Assembly (NCBI RefSeq): GCF_030144855.1
Contig: NC_082707.1
Span: 150,970,001-151,034,000, forward strand
Reading direction: 5' to 3'
Length of the DNA: 64,000 nucleotides
DNA from: Hypanus sabinus
Taxonomy: Eukaryota
In this document: positions 1 to 13,384 of the stretch, piece after piece
Numbering within the stretch: position 1 is the first letter of the stretch
Layout of the letters: each line of letters opens with the position of its first letter
Notes under the pieces: model-generated
What the model was told of the DNA's origin: nothing
The model's input: only the letters and a program-made list of their open reading frames with translations
The model's database searches: none
Translations under genes and position numbers: made by a program

Positions 1-1354
1 CAGTACTGACCTGGTTTTTCCAATCCATTTTTATGTTAAAATGCCCAACGATTATCATGACATTGTCTTTCTGACACACCTTTTCTATCTCCTGCTGTAG
101 TTTCTGCAACCATTCTTCATCTTCAAAGCACTCTGCAAAATCTGTCCTACTATTTTCATGAAAGTAGTCCTGCAATTCAACTTTTGGCTCAAACACCTTG
201 TAGCAGGAGATCAGCATGCCATTTGTCCAGATTTTCACAAACTTTTTTTTTAACATTCTTGAGTGTTCTAGTCTTTGTTTAATAAATTTAACCATTTTGC
301 AGCATCATCCAGAATCCTATTTATTTCATCTCTAAGAGTTTTTGACATCAGCACCTGTCTATGAAGAAAGAAACGTCAGAATTTCCTTTCTCTACAAGAG
401 AGCCAAAGCCTCTCATGGAGCCAACCATTGGTGGGACACATCAGTACAGTTCCTCCAAGACAGACTTTTTGTTTCCCGATATGAAAACAAAACATTAAAT
501 AAACCTTGGCATTTGTTTGATTCAGGCAGCTTTTTGCAACAGAAAAACTTTTCTTGAATTTCACCATCTTTTACAAATCTTACAAGTGCTACAGCATGAC
601 ATTTACTGGTGAAATCTGTTGACTCATCAACTTGGATAGAGAAGCTATTGTTTTTCAGTTTATCGCTCTTCAGCATCATGTGACATGTCATCAATACATC
701 GACTTATCATGCTTTTTGAGAGTGAAACCTTTTCAATTCCTCGTACTGCATCTTGTCCTACCATTTTGCCCACTAAAATTTTATGTGCTAGCTTTATTAG
801 GATCTCATCAGCTGCGTGATTTTTACTTTCCTGGGTAATAAGTTCTGCTGAGTTGCGGTGCATAACAATTCCATCTTTAGAATAAAAATTTCCTCTTCAA
901 TTTTCTACTACATGGTTTGTTCACTCCCATAAGTCAGTCAGCAGTGCATAAGGGGAAATTGGGGGAGGTAATTCGGGAGGGAGAGGCTGACGTCACAGCC
1001 CAGGTTGGGAGAGTCTATTCACACCATGCTCCTCATCAGCCTACCATTCTCCCCTCCGTGCAATACAGCGCTCACAAATTCTCCACAGTCTCCCCTATCT
1101 TGCATCAAAAACTGAAAGTGGACTCAACCAAATAAACACGGTTCTAATATGCACCGCCATACTGGTCTGGGAGACTTCTAACGTGATTGCTTCTGGGTTG
1201 TTCAGTCACTGCACACCACTGCAAGCACTAGCATCATGCATTGCATGAACTTTTAAAAAACTATGGTTTGCTTTAATCACAATCTCTTCTGGAACCCCTA
1301 GCGACCTCCATAGAACCCAAGATTTCCTCATGGAACTCATGTTGAGAAACCTTG
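1..1354 (-). mobile_element. hAT (Buster/Charlie-type) DNA transposon, degenerate, 5' part; runs off the window start
   Basis: Minus-strand ORF pieces 'FSIQVDESTDFTSKCHAVALVRFVKDGEIQEKFFCCKKLP' (first catalytic D, DEST motif) and 'KVSLSKSMISRCIDDMSHDAEE'. The terminus reads CAAGGTTTCTCAAC on the minus strand (1354-1341), flanked by CCCTAGAA, an nnnTAnnn Buster-type target site. Confidence 0.85.
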
Positions 1355-1989
1355 CCCTAGAACAATAGATTAGGTCTCATTATATTCTCCAATCATTTAA
1401 CAATTGTGGAATTGTCTCCATTGATGATACTCTGTCTAGCCCAAGCCATCTGACTGGATAATATTCATGTCAATGAAGCCTGGTGACCTAATATTTGTAA
1501 ATATTTGAGACTAAGGTTATGCACATAATTTGCATATGTTCTATTTCTGGAAAATCAGCTTGCTTTATTTGAAATCTATTGGTGCAGTTTCTGTTAGACT
1601 TTCTGTTCATTCTGCACTTTAGGCTCCATTTTCTGAGGTAGTTCTGATTAAAAGATGGAGTGAAAAGCAATGAATTGTTTTTGTCAATGAAATTAAAATT
1701 TCTCTAAAGATGCCCAAATAATAATTGATTGTACTACTTACTGGCCTGATGACACACAGCTCACAAAGAGTAAAATCAAATTTGATTCATTAAGCTGAGT
1801 TTTCACAATGCAATAAATGAGAGTGAACCAAAAACAACTCTAAGTATAAACAAATGAAGCTCTGGAAAAAAATGCCCGGGAACAAGTTGCTCCAATTGTC
1901 TGTGTTATAAATTGATTAGTAAGAGTGGTGACTAAGCAATAGACAATTAGTGAATCAATCTCATAATACCAACGAGTGTGAGACTTCAA

Positions 1990-2420
1990 AATAAAGAAAG
2001 ATTAGCAGTTATGGTGTGTCTTTCACCTTTTAAAAGGTGTCCAAATTGCTTTAAAGCCTAGGAAGTGCTTTTGTTGTGACTTGTTTTAATGCAGGAAACA
2101 CAACAATCAAATTATTTTCAACAATAACACCAAATCAGTAATATGATAGTGACAAGGTATTCTACATGTATGATATCTATAGACATATAAGTATAGAACA
2201 AGACACTAAAGATAACCCTTTCCTCTTCAAAGTAACCCTATGAATTCTTGTCTGCCCAGTAAGCAAGTCCTTGTAGCCATGGTTTTCCAGCATCTGGCAA
2301 GTGGCACATCCAACAATGTAGTCTTCCCTCAATAATGCTGGAGAATCAGCTGAGATTTCTATGTCCTTAGCCTCCTGAGTGAAGCAACAACCTCTGGCTC
2401 ACAGATGATATTACTCCCCA
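1990..2420 (-). mobile_element. Deu-domain SINE (SacSINE1/AmnSINE-like), old
   Basis: Degenerate similarity, as recalled, to the DeuSINE body (e.g. 'tccaaattgctttaaagcc', 'gtggcacatccaacaatgtagtcttccctcaataatgctggag'). Confidence 0.55.
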
Positions 2421-3049
2421 TCTGCACTTGGTTATGTTTCTGCCATATCTGTAATCTCCCAAAGGACCTAACAGCCTTCATCCACATGTCTACACATATC
2501 TGGTGTGATTTATTTTTATTACAAGTCAAAGAACAGTAAGAAAGTCCTGCACAGTATCTTGACCAATAATTTTAACCATCACAAGCTCTGGTTATTACTG
2601 CTTTGATATTTGTGACACTTTGTCATTGCAGCGGAAAAGCTAAAAAATCAGGTACATTCACTCTCAGCTTGTGTAATGAAAGAGTTGTTAAAAAAATGCA
2701 ATTTTTTTAATCTTAATCCTAGAGCAAAAAAAAAACTATTATTAGATTTCACCAAGGAGACTACTAATGGTTTCAGCAGCCTTATTTACAGATTTTTAAA
2801 AAAGTATATAAGGTTCTATCTCAGCCACTTACTCCATTGTCACTGAGGTGACAGAAGTGAAAGGATAATATTTGAACCCACAGTACCGCAGAATTATATC
2901 ATGAGTTTTATTTTACTATTATTTCATAAGTTTTAGTATCATAATCGCTGAAGTATATTTGTACTGTTTTAAATTTCCATCAAGTTATGGGACCGTATTG
3001 ATTCACTACCTTGAACAATATTAGTTAAAACAAAACCATACTAACATAC

Positions 3050-3259
3050 TGCTGTGTCTGTGCACAACTACAAATCAATTAAATAAAAGCACACATGTGG
3101 GAGATGGTTTTAATTGGTGTATTTGCAGTGAGAGAGAGAGAGAGAGAGAAAGAGAGAACAATGCACATGCATAGAAAACAGTGCATGTGCAGACAACAGA
3201 TCACTACATAGTGCCTGGGGGTTGTCATTGCTCTAAAAGGAACAGATCCATACATTATA
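3050..3259 (-). repeat. 3' LTR of Gypsy A (contains a GA microsatellite, ~3130-3157)
   Basis: Shares 'tgcatgtgcagacaacagatca', 'tgctctaaaag' and 'atccatacatta' with 11354-11524; adjacent to the PPT. Confidence 0.85.
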
Positions 3260-5742
3260 CTTCCCTTCCCTTTATATTAATGCACTATAAATCTGTATAT
3301 GTACAAAACATTCCGTTTCCCCATCATAAACCAATATTGTAAATAGACATGCTTTCACAATATTAGTCGATAACTAACTTCACAGTTTTAAAAGTTCAGT
3401 CTTTCTGGGGTGATGCTCTGCTTCTTTCAGGATGACGCCTCTGGACCAGTGGAGTGGCATTAAACTTGGCAGAAGCCGTGTCAAGGATAATGTTCTCGAT
3501 ACACCTCTGGACCAGTGGAGCACCATCAGATTCGGTAGGTGTCTTATCTAAGAAAATGGTCCAGGTTTCCGCTGTCACGTTGCTGACGGCGACATCATCA
3601 CTGAGAGAAAGGCCCGGTGACTGTAATGCTTCTGTCGTGTTGGATGCAGTCGACTCAGGTGTGTTCTACAGTTCAGCATCAGCGTCTGGTCCACATGACG
3701 TCTCATGTATGATCTCCAACACCCACTGTGTACATCAGTATTCCAGTTCTTGTAGCTATCCCAAACAGCTTTCGGCCAAATCATCAATCTGTTTACCTAT
3801 TGCCGGCCACCAAACTTAACTCTTGACTCTACCCAGGTGTTCTTCATGCAGATTCTCTAACACTCTGGTGCGCAGTTTAGAGGGAACCACAACATGAAAT
3901 CCACACACCAGTGTTCGTTGACATACTGACAGTTGGTCTCATTTCATGGAAATGTAGGGTTGAAATGAACAGTAAACACAAAGTTCACTGCAGATGCTAT
4001 GGCCACTTGGCCATCCTTGCATAGTGATTTCATAGAGTTTGATAATGTCAGGTCATTCACTGTTTCCCTTTGTATTTCAGAATTTGTTAGCAACTGGTCC
4101 ACCAATGATGCGGTGTGGAATTCTTCGCTGGGTCACAGTATGAAGACTTTTCTTCTTTAGAAACATAGAAACATAGAAAAGCCTACAGCACAATACAGGC
4201 CCTTTGGCCCACAATGCTGTGCTGAACATGTACTTACTTTAGAAATAACCTAGGGTTACCTATAACGCTCTATTTTTCTAAGGTCCATGTACCTATCCAG
4301 AAGTCTCTGAAAAGACCCTATCATATCTACCACCACCACTGTCGCTGGCAGCCCATTCCACGTACTCACTATTCTCTGTGTAAAAAACTTACCGCTGACA
4401 TTTCTTTTGTACCTACTTCCAAGCATCTTAAAACAGTACCCTCTTGTGTTAGCCATTTCGGCTCTGGGGAAAAGCCTCTGACTATCCACACCATCGATGC
4501 CTCTCATTATCTTATACACCTCTATCAAGTCACTGCTTATCCTCCACCGCACAAAGGAGAATAGGCCAAGTTCACTCAACCTTTTCTCATAAGGCATGCT
4601 CCTCAATTGAAGCAACATCCTTGTAAATCTCCCCTGCACACTTTCTATAGTTTCCACATTCTTCCTGCAGTGAGGTGACTAAAACTGAGCACAGTACTCC
4701 AAGTGGGGTCTGACCAAGGTCCTATATACCTGTAACATTACCTCTTGGCTCTTAAACTCAGTCCCATGGTTGATAAAGGCCAATGAACTGTATGCCTTCT
4801 TAACCACAGTCAACCTGTGCAGCATCTTTGAGTGTTCTATGGACTCAGACCCCAAGATCCATCTGATCCTCCACACTTCAAGAGTCTTACCATTAATACT
4901 ATATTCTGCCATCATATTTGACCTACCAAAATGACCCACCTCACACTTAACTGGGTTGAACTCCATCTGCTACTTCTCAGCTGAGTTTTGTATCCGATCG
5001 ATGTCCTGCTGTAATATCTGACAGCCCTCTACACTATCCACAACACCTCCAACCTTTGTGTCATCAGCAAATTTATTAACTCATTCCTCCACTTCCTCAT
5101 TCAGGTCATTTATAAGAATCACAAAGAGAAGGGGTCCCACTGGTCACCGACCTCCATGCAGAATGTGACCCATCTACAACTGCTCTTTGCCTTCTGTGAG
5201 CAAGCCAATTCTGGATCCACGAAGCAAGGTCCTCTTGGATCCCATGCCTCCTTACTTTCTCAATAAACTTTGCACGGAGTACCTTATCAAATGCTTTGCT
5301 GAAATACATATACACTACATCTACTGCTATACCTTCATCAATGTGTTTAGTCACATCCTCAAAAAAATCAATTAGGATCGCAAGGCATGACTTGCCTTTG
5401 ACAAAGACATGCTGACTATTCCTAATCATAGTATGCCTCTCAAAATGGTCATAAATCCTGCCTCTCAGGATCTTTCCATCAACTTACCAACCATTGAAGT
5501 AAGATTCACTGGTCTATAATTTCCTGAGCTAACTCTACTCCCTTTCTTGAATAAGGGAACAACACCCGCAACTCTCCAACTGTCCGGAACCTCTCCTGTC
5601 CCCATTGATGATGCAAAGATCATCGCCAGAGGCTCAGCAATCTTTTCCCTTACCTCCCACAGTAGCCTGGGGTACATCTTATCCATTCTGGAGACTTATC
5701 CAATTTGATGCTTTCCAAAAGCTCCAGCAAGTCCTCTTTCTT

Positions 5743-5902
5743 GACGTACAATCAAGCTGGATGAACTCAGCAGGTCAGACAGCATCCATTGAAATGAGCA
5801 GTCAACATTTCGGGCTGAGAACCTTTGTCAGTCCTGAGTTCATCTAGCTTGTTTGTACATCTTGATTTGACCACAGCATCTGCAGTATACTTTGTGTTTA
5901 AA
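5743..5902. mobile_element. Penelope-derived fold-back mini-element (subfamily B) inserted in CR1
   Basis: Inverted arms 'agctggatgaactcag' / 'ctgagttcatctagct'; decayed hammerhead motif on the minus strand; TSD tcctctttctt (5732-5742 / 5903-5913). Confidence 0.8.
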
Positions 5903-8451
5903 TCCTCTTTCTTAATGTTTATATGCTCAACCTTTTCAGTCCACAGCACGTCATCCTTACGATCACCAAGATCGTTTTCTGTAGTGAATACTGAAGTAAA
6001 GTATTCATTAATTATTGCTGCTATCTCCTCTGGTTCCATACACACTTTTCCACGGTCACACTTGTTTGGTCCTATTCTCTCATGTCTTATCCTCTTGCTC
6101 ATCACATACTTGTAAAATGCCTTAGGGTTCTCCTTAATCCTGCTCACCAAGGCTTTCTCATGGCCTCTTCTGGCTCTACTAATTTCATTCCTAAATTCCT
6201 TCCTGCTAGCCTTATAATCTTCTAGATCTCTATCATTACCTAGTTTTTTCAACCTTTCATAAGCTTTTCTTCTATTCGTGGCTAAATTTTCAACAGGCTT
6301 TGTATACCCTGGTTCCAGTATCCTACCATCCTTTCCGTCTTACTGAAACGTACCTATGCAGAATACCACACAAATATCCCTTGAGCATTTGCCACGTTTC
6401 TGCTGTACAGTTCCCTGAGAACATCTGTTCCCAATTTATGCTTCCAAGTTCCTGCTGATAACTTCATATCTCCTCTTATTCCAATTAGGCATTTTACTAA
6501 CTTGTCAGTTCCTATCCCTCTCCAATGCTATGGTAAAGGAGATAGAATTGCGATCATTATCTCCAAAATGCTCTCCCACTGAGAGACCTGACACTTGACC
6601 AGGTTCATTTCCCAATGCAAGATCAAGCACAGCCTCTTACCTTATAGGTTTATCTACATATTGTGTCAGGAAACATTCTTGAACATACCTAAAACTCCAC
6701 CCCATCTGAACCCCTTGCTCTAGGGAGATGCCAAACAATATTTGGGAAATTAAAATCTCCCACCACAACAGCCCTGTTATTATCACACCTTTCCAGAATC
6801 TGTCTCCCTATCTGCTCCTTGATGACCCTGTTACTATTGGGAGGTCTATAAAAAACACCCAATAGAGTTATTGACCCCTTACTACTCCTATCTTCCACCC
6901 ACAGAGACTCAGTAGACAATCCCTCCATGACATAACTCCTTTTCTGCAGCTGTGACACAATCTTTGACTGGCAGTGGATTGTCCCACCTCTTTTGCCACC
7001 CTCCCTGTCCTTTCTGAAACATCTAAAGTCTGCAACTCTAAGTAACCATTCCTGCCCCTGAGTCATCCAAATCTCTTTAATGGCCACAACATCAGCTCCA
7101 AGTACTGATCCACGCTCTAAGCTCGTCTGCTTTGTTCATGATATTTCTTGCATTAAAGTAGACGCATCTCAAACCATCGGTCTGAGCACATCTCTTCTGC
7201 ATCACCTGCCTATCCTCCCTCTCGCACTGTCTCCAAGCTTTCTCTATTTGTGAGTCAACTGCCCCTTCCTCCATTTCTTCAGTTCCATTCCCACCTCCCA
7301 GCAATTCTAGTTTAAACTCTCCCCAATAGCATTAGCAAACCTCCCTGCCAGCATATTGGTTCCCCTGGTATTCAAGTGCAAACCATCCATTTTGTACAGG
7401 TCACACCTGCACCAAAAGAGGTCCAAATGATACAGAAATCTGAATCCCTGTCCCCTGCTCCAATCCCTCAGCCATGTATTTGTCCTCCACCTCACTCTAT
7501 TCCTATACTCATTGTTGTGTGGCATAGGCAGTAATCCCAAGATTACTACCTTTGAGGTCCTGCTTCTCAACTTCCTTCCTAACTCCCTGTAGTCTGTTTT
7601 CAGGATCTCCTTCTTTCTCCTACCTGCGTCATTGGTACCAATATGTACCACAATCTCTGGCTGTTCACCTTCCCACTTCTGGATATCGTGGACACGATCA
7701 GAAACATCTCGGACCTTGGCACCTGGGAGGCAAACAACCATCGGTATTTCTTTCCTGCATCCTCAGAATTGCCTGTCTGACCCCCTGACTATATCACTGC
7801 TGCCATCCTCTTCTTTCCCTACGCTTCTGAGCCACAGGGCCAGACTTTGTGCCAGCCACTGTTGCTTCCTCCAGGTAGGTCATCCGCCCCCCCCTCCCCC
7901 AACAGTACTCAAACAGGAGTACTTATTGTTAAGTGGTCAGCTACAGGGCTACTGTCTAGTAACTGACCCTTGCCCTTCCCTCTCCTGACTGTTACCCACT
8001 TATCTGTCTCCCAAGGCCACGGTGTGGACTACTTGCCAATAGCTGCTCATTATCAACTCCTTGCTCTCCCTGACCAGATGAAGATCATCGAGCTGCAGCA
8101 CCAGTTCCCTAATGTGGTCCCTAAGGAGCTGCACCTGGTGCAGATGTGGCCTTCTGAGAGGCTGGGAGTCTCCTGGACTACCTACATCTGACACCTAATA
8201 CGGAACACTGGCCTTGTGGTCATACTTCCTGTTTCTATTCTATAGTATTAGTGTACCTCACCTTGACACATTATTGCCGAAGCCCTGTTGAGCCAAAGCC
8301 GTCCTACTCTGTCTACCTCTACTCCATCGCCTATTCCTCTGACACCCACTCTATAAAGCTGTCTCCATTTTAAACTCTTCCTGCAGTCTAACTCATGATA
8401 TTCACATGCATATGCAGTCGTTCCTTGATCAAACCACCAAAGGAAAAATGA

Positions 8452-8652
8452 CATACACAAAATGCTGGTGGAATGCAGCAGGCCAGGCAGCATCTATAAG
8501 AAGAAGTACAGTTGACGTTTTGGGCGAAGGGTCTCGGCCCGAAACATCGACTGTACTTCTTCCTATAGATGCCGGCTGGCCTGCTGCGGTCCACCGGCAT
8601 TTTGTGTGTGTTGCTTGAATTGCCAGCATCTGCAGATTTCCTCATGTTTGCG
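8452..8652. mobile_element. Penelope-derived fold-back mini-element (subfamily A) in the CR1 5' UTR
   Basis: ~70-bp inverted arms around 'gaagggtctcggcccgaaacatcgactg' plus a ~40-nt 3' extension; TSD aaaggaaa(a/t)atga (8439-8451 / 8653-8665). Confidence 0.85.
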
Positions 8653-11353
8653 AAAGGAAATATGATGTTTTTCTACTCTTCCTGTCGGTCTAACTCGCTG
8701 ACGTCCACACACCTGCACAGCCATTCCTCGATGCCAATATTGCAACATGCTTCAAGCTATTAGCATTGCTGTGTGGTTTGGTACCCTTCAATTGTAAGTG
8801 ATAAGAGTGAGCTCCTAGGAACAGTGCCCAAACTTGTAACCGGGTAGCAGTCATCACTGGAATTTCCTTCTTGGGATTGAAGATCGACACAAGGGGTTGG
8901 TGACCTGTCACTACTGTAAACCTTTGCCTCTACAGGAGGTGGTGGAACATGTTTATTCCCCATTATAGAGCAAGGGCCTGTCGGTCAATCTGAGCGTCGT
9001 TGCATTCTGCGCTCGTCAGTGATTTTGAAGAAAACACTTTCGGGTGTTCAGATCCATCTTTCATAATGTGTGACAAACGGCTCTAATGCCATGAGCAGAC
9101 GCATCACACAACAGTCTGATGGGCATGGATAGGTCATAATGGGTGAACAATTCATCAGATGTTATTAGTCTCTGTTTCCTTAAAAGCTCTTTCACATCTT
9201 TCTGACCATTGCCACTTGCTCCTATCTGTAACAGTGCATTCAATGGGTGCAGCACTGTAGCAATGTTTGGGAGAAACCTGTGGTAGTAGTTTACAAGCCT
9301 AAGTGTGACCTGATTTGTGACACAGTCTCCAGATTGATTGCCTGTAGCACTGCCTCAATGTTCTTGTGTCTTATGTAAGCCATGCTTGTCAATGGCATGT
9401 CCAGGATATGAGATTTTGTTCTTGAGAAACTCACATTTCTCTCTCGTTGCACACAGACCACACTCATGCAGCTTTGTAAGCACTTCAGCAAGGTTCTGGA
9501 GCTCCTCTTCATCATTCTTGCCACTGATGATGATGTCATCAAGGTAATATCATGTTCCTGGGGGATCTTAGAGACCTTGGTCTATTGCTCTTTGCTGGAA
9601 CTGATGCGAATCCAAAGAGGAGATGATTGCACTGGAGCAGTACCTTGCATGTGTTGATTGTGAGAGCTCCTTGCTTGCTGCTCCTCAATCTCCATTTGCA
9701 GACAGGCTTGTGACAAGTCAATCTTTGAAAATCACTTCCAAAGATGCAAAACTGTCTTCTATTTGTGATAGGAGATATGGTACAGTACACAGCACAAGGT
9801 TGATGCTCAACTTGAAATTTCCACATTTGCCAATGGCTTCAGCCTTCCCTTTTTGATCACCTGGATAACAGGCATGGCCCAATCCTTCTACTGAACCTTA
9901 GAGAGAATTTCAAGCCTCCAAGCTCTGTAGTTCAGCATCCATTTTAGTACATAATGCATAAGGCACTCGATGTGTTCTGTGGAATCTTGGTGTTGCGGTT
10001 TCATCCAGTTCAATTCTGGCCTTCATGCCTTTGAGTTTACCGATTCCCTTTTCAAACACTTTCTCATTAGCAGTAAGCAGCTGTGCCAGTCCCTGGTTCG
10101 TGCTACCATTTGGACTGGCGTTGCCTGTTGCTGCAATGCTAAGAACTTTGATTGTATGGAAGTCTAGTTGGAATTTTCTCTACCATTCATGTCTGAAAAG
10201 TGCTGACCCTCCACGTTTCAGTACATAAAGCTCTAACTGCAATGTTTGGTCTCCACAGGTCACATTTATTTTCAGTTTACATTTGGGAGACATTTTTTTG
10301 CTCATTTAAGTCTTTAGCATCACCAAAGTCTTCTCTAATGGTATCTTAGGAAACATTCTGTTGTCAGTCTCTAGAATTGTGGACAAAGCTGACCCTGTAT
10401 CCAGCTCCATGTTCAGTTTTACACCAGACACATCTATTGTGAGCTAGATGATTTTGTGATCTGCTTCAGTTGTACTCTACAGTTCCAGGGATGACAGTTC
10501 ACCTTTTCTGTCTCTATGTTATTTAATTCTGTTTTACATTCAGTAACTTCATGCATTTGCTTAGTTTTGTGTTTCAGCCTATTCACTCAGCTGTGCTTTT
10601 TGTCCCTTTATGTTACATTGTCTGTGACTTTTTCTTTGAACCAAGTCATTTGCATCATTGGAAAATTTGCCTCATTGCTAACATTCGCATTTCAGATTCT
10701 AACCTCCTTTTCTGTAGTTCTGTTGCATCCTTTGCTGCAGTCTCTAGTGATATTGTATTGGTCAATTCCTGTTCTAAACTTAGGTTTCTTTCAGATATTA
10801 GCATCTTTTAACCGCTTAGACTATGCATGTCACATACAAGCCTGACCAGTAATGCATCAAAAAGTCTATCTCTAAAGTCACAGTACTGGGAAAGTTTGCA
10901 CAATTCTGCAATGTGTTCAGAAATGCTTTCATCTTTTGACTGGTTCCTTTTATAAAATCTAGATCTCTCAACTATTACTAAGGATTTAGGGTGCAGGTGA
11001 AAATTTCATCGAACATCTTGCTTGCTGGCTTTTCAGGGTTAATAAGTTGCGTAAGAGACTTTACATCTTTGCACCATTATGCAAAGAAGTATAGGGGCTT
11101 TCTTTTGCTTCCTCACAATGTTCATGTTACTGTACAGTTCCATCCTCTTGATATATGAATCTCAACCTTCATTAGCGCCATCAAATTTGTCAACTTTCCC
11201 ACGTTATTTTCACTTTCAATTCAGTGTGCCTTTCTCTGTTACTCAGCCATTTCTTCAGCATTCCATACTGTTTACCTCTCGCTGTTTGATCCTGAAACTG
11301 TTGGTGCAGTACCTAATATTTCCTGACATTTGGGTTCGTACTTGTCGCCAATT

Positions 11354-11524
11354 TGTTGTGTATATGCACAGCTACATATCATTAAATAAAGGAAATGGCT
11401 TTAACTGGTGTATTCACATTGCAGCAAGAGAGAGAGAGAACAATCTGCATGTGCAGACAACAGATCAATACAAAATGCTAAGGTGGGGGTCAATGCTCTA
11501 AAAGAAATACATCCATACATTACA
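11354..11524 (-). repeat. 5' LTR of Gypsy A
   Basis: Reads TGTAATG...ACAACA on the minus strand, followed by AAT TGGCGAC (PBS). Confidence 0.85.
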
Positions 11525-11635
11525 GATTCTGAAAGCAAAGTCCTGCACAATGTTGCTAAAGAGTTTCTATCCTTAAACCTGTCACTTTGATCTTCCACTG
11601 TTTTATTTGTTAACTAATAAATAAAACAGCCTTTC

Positions 11636-13384
11636 CTTGGGGAACAAGGAAATGACAGATGAGTTGAACAAGTACTTTGGATCTGTCTTCACTAAAGAAG
11701 ACACAAACAATCTCCCAGGTGTAATAGTGGTCAAAGGAACTAGGGTAAAGGATGAACTGAAGGAAATTTATATTAGGAAATAAATGGTGTTGGATAGACT
11801 GTTGAGTCTGAAGTCCCCGGGACCTGATGGTTTGCATCCCAGGGTACATAAAGAGGTGGCTCTATAAATCGTGGACACATTGGTAATGATTTTCCAATGT
11901 TCTATAGATTCAGGAACAGTTCCTGCTGATTGGAGGGTGGCTAAAGGAGGGTGGCCTCCTTTCAAGAAAGGAGGGAGAGAGAAAACAGGGAATAATAGAC
12001 CGGTTAGCCTGACGTCAGTAGTGGGAAAGATGCGGGAGTCAATTATAAAAGAGGGAATTATGACACATTTGGATAGCAGTAGAAGGATCAGTCCAAGTCA
12101 GCATGGATTTATGAATGGAAAATCATGCTTGACTAATCTTCTGGAGTTTTTTGAGGAAGTAACTATGAAAATGGACAAGGGAAAGCCAGTGGATGTAATG
12201 TACCTGGACTTCCAGAAAGCTTTTGATAAAGTCCCACATAAGAGATTAGTGGGCAAAATTAGGGCACATGGTATTGGGGGCAGAGTACTGACATGGATTG
12301 AAAATTGGCTGGCTGACAGGAAACAAAGAGTAGCGATTAACGGGTCCCTTTCAGAATGGCAGGCTGTGACCAGTGGGGTACCGCAAGGTTTGGTGCTGGG
12401 ACCGCAGCTGTTTACAATATACATTAATGACTTAGATGAAGGAATTAAAAGTAACATCAGCAAATTTGCTGATGACAGAAAGCTGGGTGGCAGTGTGAAA
12501 TGTCAGGAGGATGTTATGAGAATGCAGGGTGACTTGGACAGGTTGGGTGAGTGGGCAAAAGTATGGCAGATGCAGTTTAATGTGGATAAATGTGAGGTTG
12601 TCCACTTTGGTGGCAAGAACAGGAAGGCAGATTACTATCTAAATGGAGTCAAGTTAGGAAAAGGAAGCACAACGAGATCTAGGTGTTCTTGTACAACAGT
12701 CAATGAAAGCAAGCATGCAGGTACAGCAGGCAGTGAAGAAAGCTAATGGCATGCTGGCCTTTATAACAAGAGGAATTGAGTATAGGAGTAAAGAGGTCCT
12801 TCTGCAGCTGTACAGGGCTCTGGTGAGACTACACCTGGAGTATTGTGTGCAGTTTTGGTCTCCAAATTTGAGGAAGGACATTCTTGCTATTGAGGGAGTG
12901 CAGCGTAGGTTCACAAGGTTAATTCCCGGAATGGCGGGTCTGTCATATGTTGAAATTGGAGTGACTAGGCTTGTATACACTGGAATTTAGAAGGATGAGA
13001 GGGGATCTGATTGAGATATATAAGATTATAAAGGGATTGGACACGCTGAAGCATGTTCCCACTGATGGGTGAGTCCAGAACTAGAGACCACAGTTTAAGA
13101 ATAAGGGGTAGGCCATTTAGGACTGAGATGTGGAAATTCACCCAGAGAGTGGTGGATATGTGGAATGCTCTGCCCCAGAAGGCAGTGGAGGCCAAGTCTC
13201 TGGATGCATTCAAAAGAGAGTTAGATAGAGCTCTTATAGATAGCGGGGTCAAGGGATATGGGGAGAGGGCAGGAACGGGGTACTGATTGTGTAAGATCAG
13301 CCATGATCACAGTGAATGGCGATGCTGGCTAGAAGGGCCGAATGGCCTACTCCTGCACCTATTCTCTTTTGTCTATTGTCTATA
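11636..13384 (+). mobile_element. CR1 LINE, 5'-truncated (RT and 3' end)
   Basis: 291-aa RT ORF 11871-12746 (GKSCLTNLLEFF, YLDFQKAFDKVPH, GVPQG, SKFADD), then frameshifts; tail 'ttgtctattgtctat'. Confidence 0.95.

Larger units (their letters stand above)
4158..8745 (-). mobile_element. CR1 LINE, near full length, pseudogenised (ORF1 Zn-finger/zipper + SGNH esterase; ORF2 APE + RT)
   Basis: (TTTCTATG)n tail at 4158-4180. RT motifs (GKSCLAILIDFFEDVT, FSKAFDKV, RPHLEYCAQF), APE motifs (CVYFNARNIMNKADEL, GVFYRPPN, VVGDFNFP) and esterase motifs (VVHIGTND, DGLHL). Confidence 0.95.
3050..11524 (-). mobile_element. Gypsy LTR retrotransposon (provirus A), degenerate, interrupted by a CR1
   Basis: Paired LTRs 11354-11524 and 3050-3259. 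PBS TGGCGACAAG (11350-11341) and PPT AAAGGGAAGGGAAG (3273-3260). Remnants: gag ~10.5-11.2 kb, protease VKLNMELDTGSA ~10400, RT YYLDDIIISG ~9540, RNase H LLCDASAHGIRAV ~9100, integrase zinc-finger piece (HEEHLG..WWPAIGKQIDDLAESC) ~3770-3850. Confidence 0.9.

Noticed and set aside
342-863. ZBED5/ZBED8/SCAND3-like host gene
   Set aside because: The frame is broken by frameshifts and stops, and a transposon terminus is present at 1354.
8452-8652. Pre-miRNA or DNA-transposon MITE interpretation of the hairpins
   Set aside because: The arms match the Penelope terminal repeat, are asymmetric (3' extension) and have long variable TSDs typical of target-primed insertion.
11871-12746. Longest ORF (291 aa) as a functional or domesticated reverse transcriptase gene
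   Set aside because: It is part of a 5'-truncated CR1 with frameshifts immediately downstream and a normal CR1 tail.
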